From Abditibacterium sp. (GTDB lineage: Bacteria; Armatimonadota; Abditibacteriia; Abditibacteriales; Abditibacteriaceae): a DNA stretch of 64,000 nucleotides. The position numbers and the translations under genes were made by a program. The notes under the pieces were generated by a model that saw only the letters and a list, made by a program, of their open reading frames with translations, was not told the DNA's origin and made no database searches. Location of the stretch: the NCBI GenBank assembly GCA_965199495.1, contig CBDASK010000003.1, forward strand, positions 1,632,001-1,696,000. The letters run 5' to 3'. Below, piece after piece: positions 18,799-28,409 of this stretch (positions are counted from its first letter, which is position 1; the number at the start of each line of letters is the position of its first letter).

Positions 18799-18882
18799 GT
18801 CTCGCTTGCTTCACCTGTTGGAACTCAAATTCAAAGTGTGCTTGGCATTCTTAAATTATTAACGGAGCAATTATACCGGAGA

Positions 18883-19602
18883 TTATCGCGCCTCGCCCGC
18901 CGATATTCCCAAAAATTCGCGTGTGGCCCGCGCGCTGTTTTCGTCGGTTCGCAAGCGCATTTTCAACGCTTCCAAATCCGCCGCGTCATCCACATCGTGC
19001 CATTTTGGCAAAACGAAATAATTCAATTTCAACGCCTGCAAACGAGAGATTAATCGCGCGCAAACATCGTCGCGGCCCCAGGCGATGCCGTCGAAGATGG
19101 CGGCGGGCACAGAACACGAGGCGCCGATTAGTACGAAGCCGCCATCAACGCTCGGCGCGACGACGACTTGATTTTCGTCCAGCGCCTCGAACGCGTTGCG
19201 CAACAATTCGAGCGGCAAATCGGGCGCGTCCGAGCCGATAACAATGCAACGCGCGAAACCGCGCGCGCGCATCTCGTTCAACGCGTTGAGCATGCGCGCC
19301 CCCAAATCCTCGCCAGTTTGCGGCAACGCATCGCCGTCCCACAAATCGCGCAATTCGTCGCCCGCATCGGCGGGCGTGAAGCACAGCCACGTTGCGACTT
19401 GGGGCGCAAGCCAGCGCCCCAAATCAAAGCAATCGCGCAACATCGCGCGGTAAAGTTGCAACGCGAAGGGCGCGCCGTGGCTGCTGGCGAGACGCGTCTT
19501 GACTTCGCCGATGCGCGGCGCCCGACAAAAAATAACCAACGCCGCTTTGGCTGAGGTTGCGTCGTTTTGCGGATGAGAAATATCGAAATTTAAACTCGTC
19601 AT
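18883..19602 (-). CDS. DUF2064 / TIGR04282-like glycosyltransferase (CofC-like fold)
   Basis: VKTRLA, QTGEDLGARM, IGSDAP, DGGFVLIG and DVDDAADL motifs. Confidence 0.85.
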   Translation of the reverse strand: MTSLNFDISHPQNDATSAKAALVIFCRAPRIGEVKTRLASSHGAPFALQLYRAMLRDCFDLGRWLAPQVATWLCFTPADAGDELRDLWDGDALPQTGEDLGARMLNALNEMRARGFARCIVIGSDAPDLPLELLRNAFEALDENQVVVAPSVDGGFVLIGASCSVPAAIFDGIAWGRDDVCARLISRLQALKLNYFVLPKWHDVDDAADLEALKMRLRTDENSARATREFLGISAGEAR

Positions 19603-19681
19603 CGCACTTGAGTATCGCTATACTTCCCCAATCACTCGAATCAATGAAACCGAATTAGATTTTGAGAGTCGAGTTTCACCC

Positions 19682-20371
19682 ATGATTAAAACCGTTTCTT
19701 TCGCGCCGCCGCGCGCGGTGCGCACTGCCGCTTCATCCAATAAAAATTCGGGCAAAGGTGCCAATACGAGAGCCGCGAGTTCTGTGGCTCTCGCAAAATC
19801 TTCGCCCGCGAAAGTTCAGTCGCCAACTCAAGTGGCGCCGTCAAAGACGAAAAACCCCGAAAGCGTGACGGCGACTCTCGATTTCGATGCGACACCTGAA
19901 GCGGCTCCAGCGCCCAAAAAACCGCGCGTCTCCAAAATTGCGGCAAATGTCGAATCGAAATCGGTGAAGCGCGACGCGGCGAAAGTTGCGGACGAATTAG
20001 CAGCCACGGCGCCACAGCCACCGGCGAGCCAACCGGTTGCGGCGCCCAAAGCCAAACGTTCGCGCGTGCCCAAAGATTTGGCGGCGCAATATGGCGGCGC
20101 CTCGCAAACCGAAGAAGCGCCGCGCCGCGCTATTGAAACGGTGGCGCCGCGCAAGCGTTTGACGCGCGCCAAAAAAGAGGCGCGTTCGCAATTGTTGCGC
20201 GCCGATGACGAAGTGTTGCAGCGCTTGCAACAGGCCAACGCCATCGAAGCGAAAAAGCCGGAACGGCGTGGGCGTGGCTGGGAGTTCGAGTGCGGTTGCT
20301 GCGGGCGCGTCACGCGTTTTCAGACTCCAGGCGCGATTTGCGAATGCGGCGCCATCGCGGTGCGCGAGTAG
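19682..20371 (+). CDS. Basic low-complexity protein with a C-terminal Cys4 zinc ribbon
   Basis: Lys/Ala/Pro-rich N-terminus; WEFECGCCG...ICECG at the C-terminus; TATACT at 19619. Confidence 0.7.
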   Translation: MIKTVSFAPPRAVRTAASSNKNSGKGANTRAASSVALAKSSPAKVQSPTQVAPSKTKNPESVTATLDFDATPEAAPAPKKPRVSKIAANVESKSVKRDAAKVADELAATAPQPPASQPVAAPKAKRSRVPKDLAAQYGGASQTEEAPRRAIETVAPRKRLTRAKKEARSQLLRADDEVLQRLQQANAIEAKKPERRGRGWEFECGCCGRVTRFQTPGAICECGAIAVRE

Positions 20372-20535
20372 GTTTGCAAGCGAGAAAATTGGCGCTTTTT
20401 ATGAGCAGAATTGGGGAAATGCGCTCAGGCAAGGTAAAATAAAGAACGGGCCGCTGCCAGCGATGGAAAGCGTATGGCGCGGCACGCTTTAGTTGCCGAG
20501 TTGTCAGACATTTCGGCAGTTCCACTTCTAATCTC

Positions 20536-21273
20536 ATGCAATTCATCACTCGTGTGCTGATCGTGCTGGGCGTGTTGGCCAGCTTGGGCTACGGCTCGTA
20601 TGCTTTCGGCAAATATGTCTTGAGCGCTCGTTTGTTCGGGCCGACCAAAAACTCCGCGACGGCCAAAAGCACGCTGCAATCGCCCTCCGACGTGGATGTC
20701 GAAGTTGTGCCCGCGCCGCAACCCAAAGCCACCGACGACGATTCATCGGGCATCGCGCCAACAATCGAGCCACGCCCGACGCCTGAAGAGCGCACCGAAA
20801 CCACGCCTTCGCTCGACAACGGCGACGACAATCGCGGCAGTAGCGCCAACAACAGCAACGACGATACGCCGCGCGCAAAACCCAAACGCCGCAAGCGCCG
20901 CAAACCGCGCGTGCGCTCAACGGATCGTCCCAAGAAACGCGAAACAACGGAGCAAACGGCAACGCAACCCGCGGTTCAAGCTCCGCCCGCGCGCGAGCAA
21001 AACGTGGATCCGCCCGCCAACGATAACAGCGGCGGTGGCAACGATGCGCCGCGTATCCCCATCCCGCGCAATGACGCCCCGCGCGTTGAAACTCCGCGTA
21101 ACGACAATCCGGTGCCTTCGCCCACGCGCCGCGAACGCGAACGGCGCACCGTTCCCAAAGTCGAGCCGCGCACCGAGACCGCACCGCCGCGCCGCCGCGA
21201 ATCTTCGCCCGTGCCCGTCCCCGAAGGCGCGTTGGGCGGACGCAGCGAATCACCCGTTCCCATGCCGGGCTGA
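20536..21273 (+). CDS. Membrane-anchored, Pro/Arg-rich disordered hypothetical protein
   Basis: One N-terminal TM segment, low-complexity body, repeated ESxPVP at the C-terminus. Confidence 0.7.
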   Translation: MQFITRVLIVLGVLASLGYGSYAFGKYVLSARLFGPTKNSATAKSTLQSPSDVDVEVVPAPQPKATDDDSSGIAPTIEPRPTPEERTETTPSLDNGDDNRGSSANNSNDDTPRAKPKRRKRRKPRVRSTDRPKKRETTEQTATQPAVQAPPAREQNVDPPANDNSGGGNDAPRIPIPRNDAPRVETPRNDNPVPSPTRRERERRTVPKVEPRTETAPPRRRESSPVPVPEGALGGRSESPVPMPG

Positions 21274-21288
21274 GAAATAAAGCCAGAC

Positions 21289-21327
21289 AAAAGCAAGCTC
21301 ATCTGCGCAGATGAGCTTGCTTTTTTT
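21289..21327 (+). terminator. Rho-independent terminator
   Basis: AAAAGCAAGCTCATCT-GCGC-AGATGAGCTTGCTTTTTTT. Confidence 0.88.
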
Positions 21328-21362
21328 ATCCTTCAGACTTCCGCCTTTCCTATACTTTCCCC

Positions 21363-23699
21363 ATCGCAACCACAGATTTACTTTCGGGCCTCAACGAGCC
21401 GCAGCAACAAGCCGTCACCCACGAATCCGGGCCACTGCTGATTTTTGCCGGAGCCGGTTCGGGCAAAACGCGCACTCTGACGCATCGCATCGCCTATCTC
21501 ATCGGGCATCACGGCGTTTCGCCGCAACATATTTTGGCGGTGACTTTCACCAACAAAGCCGCCAAAGAGATGCGCGAACGTTTGGAAGTTTTGATCGGCC
21601 CCGTCGCCAAACGAATGTGGCTGGGCACTTTCCACGCGCTGTGCGCGCGCATGTTGCGCGTTCACGGCGAGCGCATCGGCATCAACCCGCGTTTCGCGAT
21701 TTTCGATACCGACGACAGCACGCGTTTAATCAAAGAGATTTTGAAAGATCTGAATCTCGACACCCAGCGTTTTCCGCCCGCGCGCGTTTTGGGCAAAATT
21801 AGCGACGCCAAAAACGCGCTCAAGACGCCCGAAACTGTCGCCGCCGAAGCGGTTCACTCGCACCAAAAGGTTTACGCGCAGCTTTACTCGCATTATCAAG
21901 CCCGCCTGCGCGAGATTTCGGCGCTCGACTTCGACGATTTATTGTCCGAATCGGTGCGTCTGCTTCAGCAAAGCTCGGAATCGCTGGAACATTGGAGCCA
22001 GCGTTTTCGCCACGTTTTGATTGACGAATTTCAAGATGTCAACGAAGCCCAATTTCAGTGGGCGCGTTTGTTGGCGAGTAAACATAATAATATCTGCGTT
22101 GTGGGTGACGATGATCAAAGCATTTACGCGTGGCGCGGCGCGAATGTGCAGATTATTCTCGATTTCGAGAAGCGTTATCCCGATGCCAAAGTGATTCGGT
22201 TGGAGCAAAATTATCGTTCGACGCAGAACATTTTGGACGCGGCTTATGGCGTGATTTCGCATAATTTGGGGCGCGCCGATAAGAAACTTTGGAGCGACCA
22301 GAAGGGCGGTGAAGAGATCGCTTTGCACGGTTCGTATAACGCGGTCGAAGAGGCGAGTTGGGTTGTGCGCCAAATCGAGATTTTGATGCGCGAAGAGCGC
22401 ATTTCGTTCGGCGATTGCGCGATTTTGTGTCGCGTCAACGCGCAGTCGCGGCCCTTCGAGGAAGCGTTTATGCGCTCGCGGATGCCGCTCAAATTGGTCG
22501 GCACGCAGCGATTTTACGAGCGCCGCGAGATTCGCGACGTGATGGCGTATCTCAAATTTCTCTACAATCCCGACGACGGCGTTTCGGCGGCGCGGCTCAT
22601 CAACACGCCGCCGCGCGGCATCGGCGCGGTGACGATTAGCAAATTGCAGGAAATGGCGCGCGCGCGCGAAATTTCGCTGGGCGCGATTTTGTTGGACAAA
22701 GACGCGACCAAAGAATTGACGCCCGCCATCGCGCGCAAAATTACGCCGCTTCGCAACACGCTGGTGCAGATTTTCAATGACGCCAACAAAGCGCAGACTT
22801 TGGCCGATTTGGTCGAGCGCGTTTTGGAGCGCACCGAGTTCATCGAATATCTCGATAATTCCAACGAAAAAGATAACGTGGATCGCGTCGCCAACGTCGA
22901 AGAGTTCGTGCGCGCCGCCGAATCGTTCGATTTAAGATTGGCCGAGGAATTGGACGAAGCGGGCGAAACCGTCGAAGAGTGGGACGAGAAAGACCCGCTG
23001 CGATTGGGCCAATTTCTGAGTGAAACCGCGTTGCAGGGCGGAACCGACAAAGACGCGCAAACCGACGACGCCGTGACGTTTATGACGCTGCACGCCGCCA
23101 AAGGTCTGGAGTTCCCGATTGTGTTTTTGGTCGGCTTAGAGCAGGGCTTGTTGCCGCACGCACGCGCGGTTTTTAGCGACAGCGCGACCGAAGAAGAACT
23201 CGAAGAAGAGCGGCGTTTGATGTATGTCGGATTGACGCGCGCGCGCAAACGCGCGATTTTGACCTTCGCGGCGCAACGCACCATGCACGGGCGCACGGAA
23301 TCCACGATGCCCTCGCAATTCATCGAAGAAATCCCCGCGCATTTGCTGCGCCGTAGCGGCATGGCTGGTGGCGGCTCGCCGATAGTTCAGAATCGTCGCA
23401 CCAGTTGGGGCCGCGATGATTTCAAAAGTTTGCCGCGCCCATCGGAGCCGGTTTCGCCGATTCCCCCGGCGCCAGCAGCCACGTCGGCGGCAACCAAAAG
23501 TTCCAAGCGCAGTTTCGACAAACCGGCGACCTTTAAAGTCGGCGACAAACTGCGGCACAAATCGTATGGCGAAGGTTTAGTCGTCGCGGCGAGCGCGGGC
23601 GGCGGCGTGGGAGAATGGGTCGAAGTCGCGTTTTTGACGGGCGACGCGGGCAAGAAAAAGTTGATCGTGGCGTATGCGAATTTGGAAAAAGTGAGTTGA
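21363..23699 (+). CDS. pcrA: ATP-dependent DNA helicase PcrA/UvrD, probable non-canonical ATC start
   Basis: In-frame LNEPQQQAV and AGAGSGKT lie upstream of the track's 21534 start; DEFQD, GDDDQSIY, QNYRST, HAAKGLEF and EERRLMYVGLTRA motifs; C-terminal Tudor-like domain. Confidence 0.93.
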   Translation: MATTDLLSGLNEPQQQAVTHESGPLLIFAGAGSGKTRTLTHRIAYLIGHHGVSPQHILAVTFTNKAAKEMRERLEVLIGPVAKRMWLGTFHALCARMLRVHGERIGINPRFAIFDTDDSTRLIKEILKDLNLDTQRFPPARVLGKISDAKNALKTPETVAAEAVHSHQKVYAQLYSHYQARLREISALDFDDLLSESVRLLQQSSESLEHWSQRFRHVLIDEFQDVNEAQFQWARLLASKHNNICVVGDDDQSIYAWRGANVQIILDFEKRYPDAKVIRLEQNYRSTQNILDAAYGVISHNLGRADKKLWSDQKGGEEIALHGSYNAVEEASWVVRQIEILMREERISFGDCAILCRVNAQSRPFEEAFMRSRMPLKLVGTQRFYERREIRDVMAYLKFLYNPDDGVSAARLINTPPRGIGAVTISKLQEMARAREISLGAILLDKDATKELTPAIARKITPLRNTLVQIFNDANKAQTLADLVERVLERTEFIEYLDNSNEKDNVDRVANVEEFVRAAESFDLRLAEELDEAGETVEEWDEKDPLRLGQFLSETALQGGTDKDAQTDDAVTFMTLHAAKGLEFPIVFLVGLEQGLLPHARAVFSDSATEEELEEERRLMYVGLTRARKRAILTFAAQRTMHGRTESTMPSQFIEEIPAHLLRRSGMAGGGSPIVQNRRTSWGRDDFKSLPRPSEPVSPIPPAPAATSAATKSSKRSFDKPATFKVGDKLRHKSYGEGLVVAASAGGGVGEWVEVAFLTGDAGKKKLIVAYANLEKVS

Positions 23700-23865
23700 T
23701 ATAGAAAAGCCACCAAGAACGCACCAAGGGCACAAAGAAACCCGAAGAAATTAAAACGGTGAGGAACTATTTTTGATAGTTTTGCTTTTACGAATTAATT
23801 TCTTCGGGTTTCTTTGTGCCCTTGGTGCGTTCTTGGTGTCCTTGGTGGCTTTTCTATATCAACTC
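23693..23865. repeat. Long palindromic element, family A, overlapping both convergent stop codons
   Basis: GAGTTGATATAGAAAAGCCACCAAG...CTTGGTGGCTTTTCTATATCAACTC; the right arm has one extra 9-mer unit. Confidence 0.92.
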
Positions 23866-25071
23866 GCCGTGATTCAACGCGCAAAACGCCTCGACGACGC
23901 GGGGGTCGAAATGCGTGCCCGCACATTTTTTAATTTCGGCTAAGGCGTCTTCAATCGGCCACGCCGCTTTGTAGGGACGCTCGTGCGTCAGAGCATCGAA
24001 CACGTCAATGACGGCGGCGATGCGGCCTTCGAGCGGAATCGCTTTGCCCGCCAGTTGCATCGGATAGCCAGTGCCATCGAACCGTTCGTGGTGGGTGCGC
24101 GCGATGATTTCGGCGCGTTGCATCAGCGGCGAGCGAGAGTGGGAAAGCAAAGCAGCACCCGTCAACGCGTGGGTTTTCATCAGGATGAACTCTTCGTTTG
24201 TGAGTTTGCCGGGTTTAAGCAAAACCGAATCGGGAATCGCGATTTTGCCGATGTCGTGCAGCGTTGCGGCGCGGCCAATCAAATGGGCTTCGTGGGCCGA
24301 TATTCCCAGTTGGAGCGCCAGTTTTTCGGCGCACTGGCCCACGCGTTGGATGTGTTCGCCCGTATCGTCATCGCGAAATTCGGCGGCCTGCGCCAACTTT
24401 TCCAACGCCTCGGTTTGCGATTCCTGCAAATCCAGATTGATGCGCTCTAACTCGCGCGTGCGCTGCCTCACGCGCTCTTCCAACTGCGCGTTGACCGCGC
24501 GCAACTGCTGATCTAACAAGCGCGATTTGATCAGGTTGCGCGCGCGCAAACGCGTTTCCATCATGTCAATCGGCTTGTTGACGAAATCGCTCGCGCCCAG
24601 CGAAAGCGCGCGGCGACACGCGGTGCGCGAGGCATCGGCGGTCAAAACCAGAATCGGAATCGCGTTTTCCGGCCCCCACGCGGCGCGCAAAGTTTCCAGA
24701 ACTTGATAACCGTCCAAATGCGGCATCATCAAATCGAGCATCAATAAATCGGGCGGATTTTCGAGGCACTGCTGCAAACCCAAACGCGAATCGGTCGCGC
24801 TACGAATGTTGCAATAGCCGTCGCCCTGCAAAATTCGCTGCAACAAAACCACGTTGGCCGGTTCGTCGTCCAGCACAAAAATCGTCGCCTCGTGAACGTC
24901 AACGGAGTTTTTGACGCCGGGCGCATAGGCGAGAAGGAAGTTGTTTTGATTCATCATCTTCTCTTTGGCTGCCAACTCAGCGACATCAATTTTAATGCCT
25001 GGCGAGGTGCTGGTTTCGCATGGAAGTGGCGCATCTGCGACGAACATCGCGTTTAAGTCAAAGGTTGTCAT
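23854..25071 (-). CDS. Response regulator with HD-GYP c-di-GMP phosphodiesterase domain (RpfG-like)
   Basis: REC domain (DD...D...K), HDIGK and HHERFDGTGYP motifs; true start may be near 24957. Confidence 0.92.
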   Translation of the reverse strand: MTTFDLNAMFVADAPLPCETSTSPGIKIDVAELAAKEKMMNQNNFLLAYAPGVKNSVDVHEATIFVLDDEPANVVLLQRILQGDGYCNIRSATDSRLGLQQCLENPPDLLMLDLMMPHLDGYQVLETLRAAWGPENAIPILVLTADASRTACRRALSLGASDFVNKPIDMMETRLRARNLIKSRLLDQQLRAVNAQLEERVRQRTRELERINLDLQESQTEALEKLAQAAEFRDDDTGEHIQRVGQCAEKLALQLGISAHEAHLIGRAATLHDIGKIAIPDSVLLKPGKLTNEEFILMKTHALTGAALLSHSRSPLMQRAEIIARTHHERFDGTGYPMQLAGKAIPLEGRIAAVIDVFDALTHERPYKAAWPIEDALAEIKKCAGTHFDPRVVEAFCALNHGELI

Positions 25072-25090
25072 AGCTTAAAAATTTCCTTAG

Positions 25091-27103
25091 TTACTTACCC
25101 TTGTCAATGATTTCGCCTTTTTGTTTTTCAACGGTTGCGAGGCATTGATCTAAGACGTTGAGCAGGTGCGCGATATTGAAGGGTTTAGCCAAATAATCGT
25201 TGGCGCCAGCAGCCAACAAACGTTCGACCTGACCGGGCGTGGCATCGGCGCTGATCATGATCACCGGCACGTTTTTCAAGTTTTCGTCCGCGCGCAGGCG
25301 CCGCAAAACTTCGTCGCCGTTGATGTCGGGCAAATGCAAATCGAGCAAAACCACATCGGGCCGTTGCTGCCGCGCCATCTCGATACCGACTTCGCCCTGA
25401 AACGCAGTCAGCAAACGCACTTCGGGACGATAGGCCAGAATCCCTTCCATCAATTGAACGTTGGGCAAATTGTCCTCGATATAAAGCACGCTCCAACGCG
25501 TAGCCACTGGCGACCTGTCGCCGGTGGCTGCTCCTGCTTGGGCGACATTGAGTTGAGACAATGGCAATTCGGCGAGGGGCAATTCGATCCAAAACGTGCT
25601 GCCCTGCTCGTCCGAACGAAAATCCAACTGTCCGTTCATTGTCTGCGCCAGGCGATGAGAGAGCGCCAGCCCAATGCCGGTGCCTTCGATGCTGCTCGAC
25701 TCGGCGCCCAACCGGTCGAATGCCACCCACAAACGCTCGCGGTTTTCGGGCGCGATGCCCTTTCCGGTGTCGGTCACGCACAGGCGCACCAGTTCCGCAT
25801 GGTCTTGATCCGGCTGTTTCCTCGTTTCGAGCGAGAGCGTCACCGTTCCGTTTTTGCGATTGTATTTAATGGCGTTGGAAAGCAAATTCAACACGATTTG
25901 TTTCACACGGCGGCGGTCGCCCAGCACGGCGAGCGGCGAATCGAAAACGTCGCTTTGGCGCAAACTGATGCCAAATCCTGCGGCCATCGGGCGCACCAAA
26001 TCGAGCGCTTCGTGCGCGACTTCGGCGACGCGAATCGGCTCGACGGACAGAGCCACGGCGCCGGTTTCGATGCGAGAAATATCTAAAACCTCGTTGATCA
26101 GTTCCAGCAGATGACGCCCGGCCTTGAGAATATGCTCGGTACTTTCGCGACTGCCGGGCGATTGTTCTTCGAGTTCCAACAGTTGACCAAACCCCAGAAT
26201 CGCGTTGAGCGGCGTGCGCAGTTCGTGGCTGACGCGGCCCAAAAAGTCCGATTTGGCGCGGTTGGCGGCTTCGGCCTCTTCGCGCGCGCGCGTCAGGGCA
26301 GTCTCGATTTCTTTGCGCGCGGTGATGTCGCGTTGCAGCGAAACCCAGTGCGTATACCAACCGCGCTCGTCAGCGACCGGCACAATCGAAAGCTCGACCC
26401 AGAACGGCACGCCCGCCTTGGTATAATTGAGCATCTCGACCACAATCGGCTTCCAACGCTTAAGCGCCCGGCGAATTTGCTCGCGCGCCGCCGGGTCGGT
26501 GCCTTCGCCCTGCATCATGCGCGGCGTTTGGCCCATCACCTCTTCGAGCGTGTAACCGCTCATCTTGCAATAGGCCTCGTTGGCGTAGAGAATGCGCGGC
26601 CCCGGCAAATCAATCGGCTCGGCTTCGGTAATCAAAATCGCATCGTTGGCATTGACGGCGACCGATTCGAGCAAACGCAATCGCTCGTTCTGCTGGCGAC
26701 GCACGTCAATATTTTGCACCTGAACCAGCAGATAATCGGGCGCGCCGTCCGCGCCGCGCACCAGCGAAACCATGAATTGCGCCCAGAATTTCGCTCCATC
26801 GCACCGCACAAATTCGCGTTCAATGGAAAGCGACTTCTCTTCGCCCTTCAACAAACGTTGGGCGTTTTCAATCGAAATATCGACCTCTTCGGGCGGCAAT
26901 AAATCGCGGTAATTATACTCGGCCAATCGCTCGACTTCTATGCCGCTCATTTCGGCGAATTTGCGATTGATGCGCAAAAATCCTCCGTCCAGACCGACCA
27001 TCGCCTCGCCCAACGACGACTGCTCAAACGCGCCCTCCAAGCGTTCAACCGCCAAACGGCGCACGGCCTCATCGCGCGTCTCATCCATAAAATCATCCTT
27101 CAT
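25091..27103 (-). CDS. PAS-PAS hybrid histidine kinase with receiver domain
   Basis: Two PAS domains, SHELRTPLN, NLLSNAIKYN, DTGKGI, GTGIGL and a C-terminal REC domain; start approximate. Confidence 0.92.
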   Translation of the reverse strand: MKDDFMDETRDEAVRRLAVERLEGAFEQSSLGEAMVGLDGGFLRINRKFAEMSGIEVERLAEYNYRDLLPPEEVDISIENAQRLLKGEEKSLSIEREFVRCDGAKFWAQFMVSLVRGADGAPDYLLVQVQNIDVRRQQNERLRLLESVAVNANDAILITEAEPIDLPGPRILYANEAYCKMSGYTLEEVMGQTPRMMQGEGTDPAAREQIRRALKRWKPIVVEMLNYTKAGVPFWVELSIVPVADERGWYTHWVSLQRDITARKEIETALTRAREEAEAANRAKSDFLGRVSHELRTPLNAILGFGQLLELEEQSPGSRESTEHILKAGRHLLELINEVLDISRIETGAVALSVEPIRVAEVAHEALDLVRPMAAGFGISLRQSDVFDSPLAVLGDRRRVKQIVLNLLSNAIKYNRKNGTVTLSLETRKQPDQDHAELVRLCVTDTGKGIAPENRERLWVAFDRLGAESSSIEGTGIGLALSHRLAQTMNGQLDFRSDEQGSTFWIELPLAELPLSQLNVAQAGAATGDRSPVATRWSVLYIEDNLPNVQLMEGILAYRPEVRLLTAFQGEVGIEMARQQRPDVVLLDLHLPDINGDEVLRRLRADENLKNVPVIMISADATPGQVERLLAAGANDYLAKPFNIAHLLNVLDQCLATVEKQKGEIIDKGK

Positions 27104-27216
27104 ATAAACAACTGCCAAGCAACATAATGGCCTACTTGACACAATCGTTGGAAGAGTGAACAGAATCAGGGTTTCCCCCTGGAAGCGCGCATCTATTTTG
27201 CAGAGAGAGCTTGCTC

Positions 27217-27687
27217 ATGTCCTCAACCCAAGACCGCGAACTCATCGCGCGCGCAATTTTGTGGAAAGACGATGCCCTGCTCGTCAACGCCAATCGCAAC
27301 GCGAAAACCGGCGAAAATTATGTCGCCCTGCCCGGCGGCCACGTCGATCCGGGCGAGCATTGCGTGCAGGCGCTACAACGCGAAATCGAGGAAGAATTGG
27401 CCGCGCAATGCCAAATCGGCGATTTGCAGTTCGTCTGCGAAAGCATTTATCCGGGTCGTCGCAAAAGCGAGTCGCAGCGCCACGAACTGACCCTGATTTT
27501 CGCGGGCGAAATCAGTGGCGAAGGGACGCGCGAAGACGGCACCATATTCAGCCCGGAAGACGATAAAAACTTTCGATGGTTGCCCCGCAGCGAATTGGAA
27601 GCGGCCAATCTTTTGCCCGCCGATGTGAAAGCGTTTTTGCTGGGCCAAGTGAAAGACCGCTATCGTTTTTCCGATTCGCGCGTCTGA
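27217..27687 (+). CDS. NUDIX hydrolase
   Basis: Nudix box GGHVDPGEHCVQALQREIEEE. Confidence 0.88.
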   Translation: MSSTQDRELIARAILWKDDALLVNANRNAKTGENYVALPGGHVDPGEHCVQALQREIEEELAAQCQIGDLQFVCESIYPGRRKSESQRHELTLIFAGEISGEGTREDGTIFSPEDDKNFRWLPRSELEAANLLPADVKAFLLGQVKDRYRFSDSRV

Positions 27688-27716
27688 AACCGCAGCCGTT
27701 TTTCGGTTTCTATTTC

Positions 27717-28394
27717 ATGTCTTCCCTTATCGAAATTGCCGGTCTGACCAAAAATTATCAAGTCGAAAAACGCGTCGTTCACGCCTTGCAGGGCGTTGAT
27801 TTAATTGTCCCATCGGGCCAATTTTTGGCAATTGTCGGACGCAGTGGTTGCGGAAAATCCACCTTATTGAACTTGTTGGGCGGTCTCGATACGCCCAGCG
27901 CAGGTCAACTTCAAGTCGGCGGCGCCGACGTGGCTGCTTTGGACGAACGCGGTTTGACCAATTATCGGCGCGATACCGTCGGCATCGTTTTCCAGTTTTT
28001 CAATTTGATGCCGCTCCTAACGGCGACCGAAAACGCGGCGTTGCCCGCGCTGTTGGCGGGCAAACCAAAAAAGCCGACCTTTGAGCGCGCGCGGATATTG
28101 CTGGAAAAAGTCGGGTTGGGCCACCGCTTAGACCAAGGCGCGAGTTTATTATCGGGTGGCGAAATGCAACGCGTGGCGGTGGCGCGCGCGCTGATTAACG
28201 ATCCGCTACTAATTTTGGCCGACGAGCCGACGGGCAATTTGGATTCGCAATCATCGCAAGCGGTATTGGGCGCTTTGCGCGAACTGACGCGCGACGAAGG
28301 CAAAACCGTGGTGATGGTGACGCACTCGCGCGAGGCCGCCGCCATCGCCGATGTCACGCGCGAAATGCGCGACGGCGTATTCGTCGAAGGTTAG
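27717..28394 (+). CDS. ABC transporter ATP-binding protein (LolD/MacB-like)
   Basis: GRSGCGKST, LSGGEMQR and ADEPTGNLD motifs; no permease adjacent. Confidence 0.92.
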   Translation: MSSLIEIAGLTKNYQVEKRVVHALQGVDLIVPSGQFLAIVGRSGCGKSTLLNLLGGLDTPSAGQLQVGGADVAALDERGLTNYRRDTVGIVFQFFNLMPLLTATENAALPALLAGKPKKPTFERARILLEKVGLGHRLDQGASLLSGGEMQRVAVARALINDPLLILADEPTGNLDSQSSQAVLGALRELTRDEGKTVVMVTHSREAAAIADVTREMRDGVFVEG

Positions 28395-28409
28395 CATTGT
28401 TGCTCAATT

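Noticed and set aside
26330..26660. Possible LOV photoreceptor domain in the hybrid kinase
   Set aside because: The PAS domain is LOV-like but reads GQTPRMMQG instead of GxNCRFLQG, lacking the photoactive Cys.
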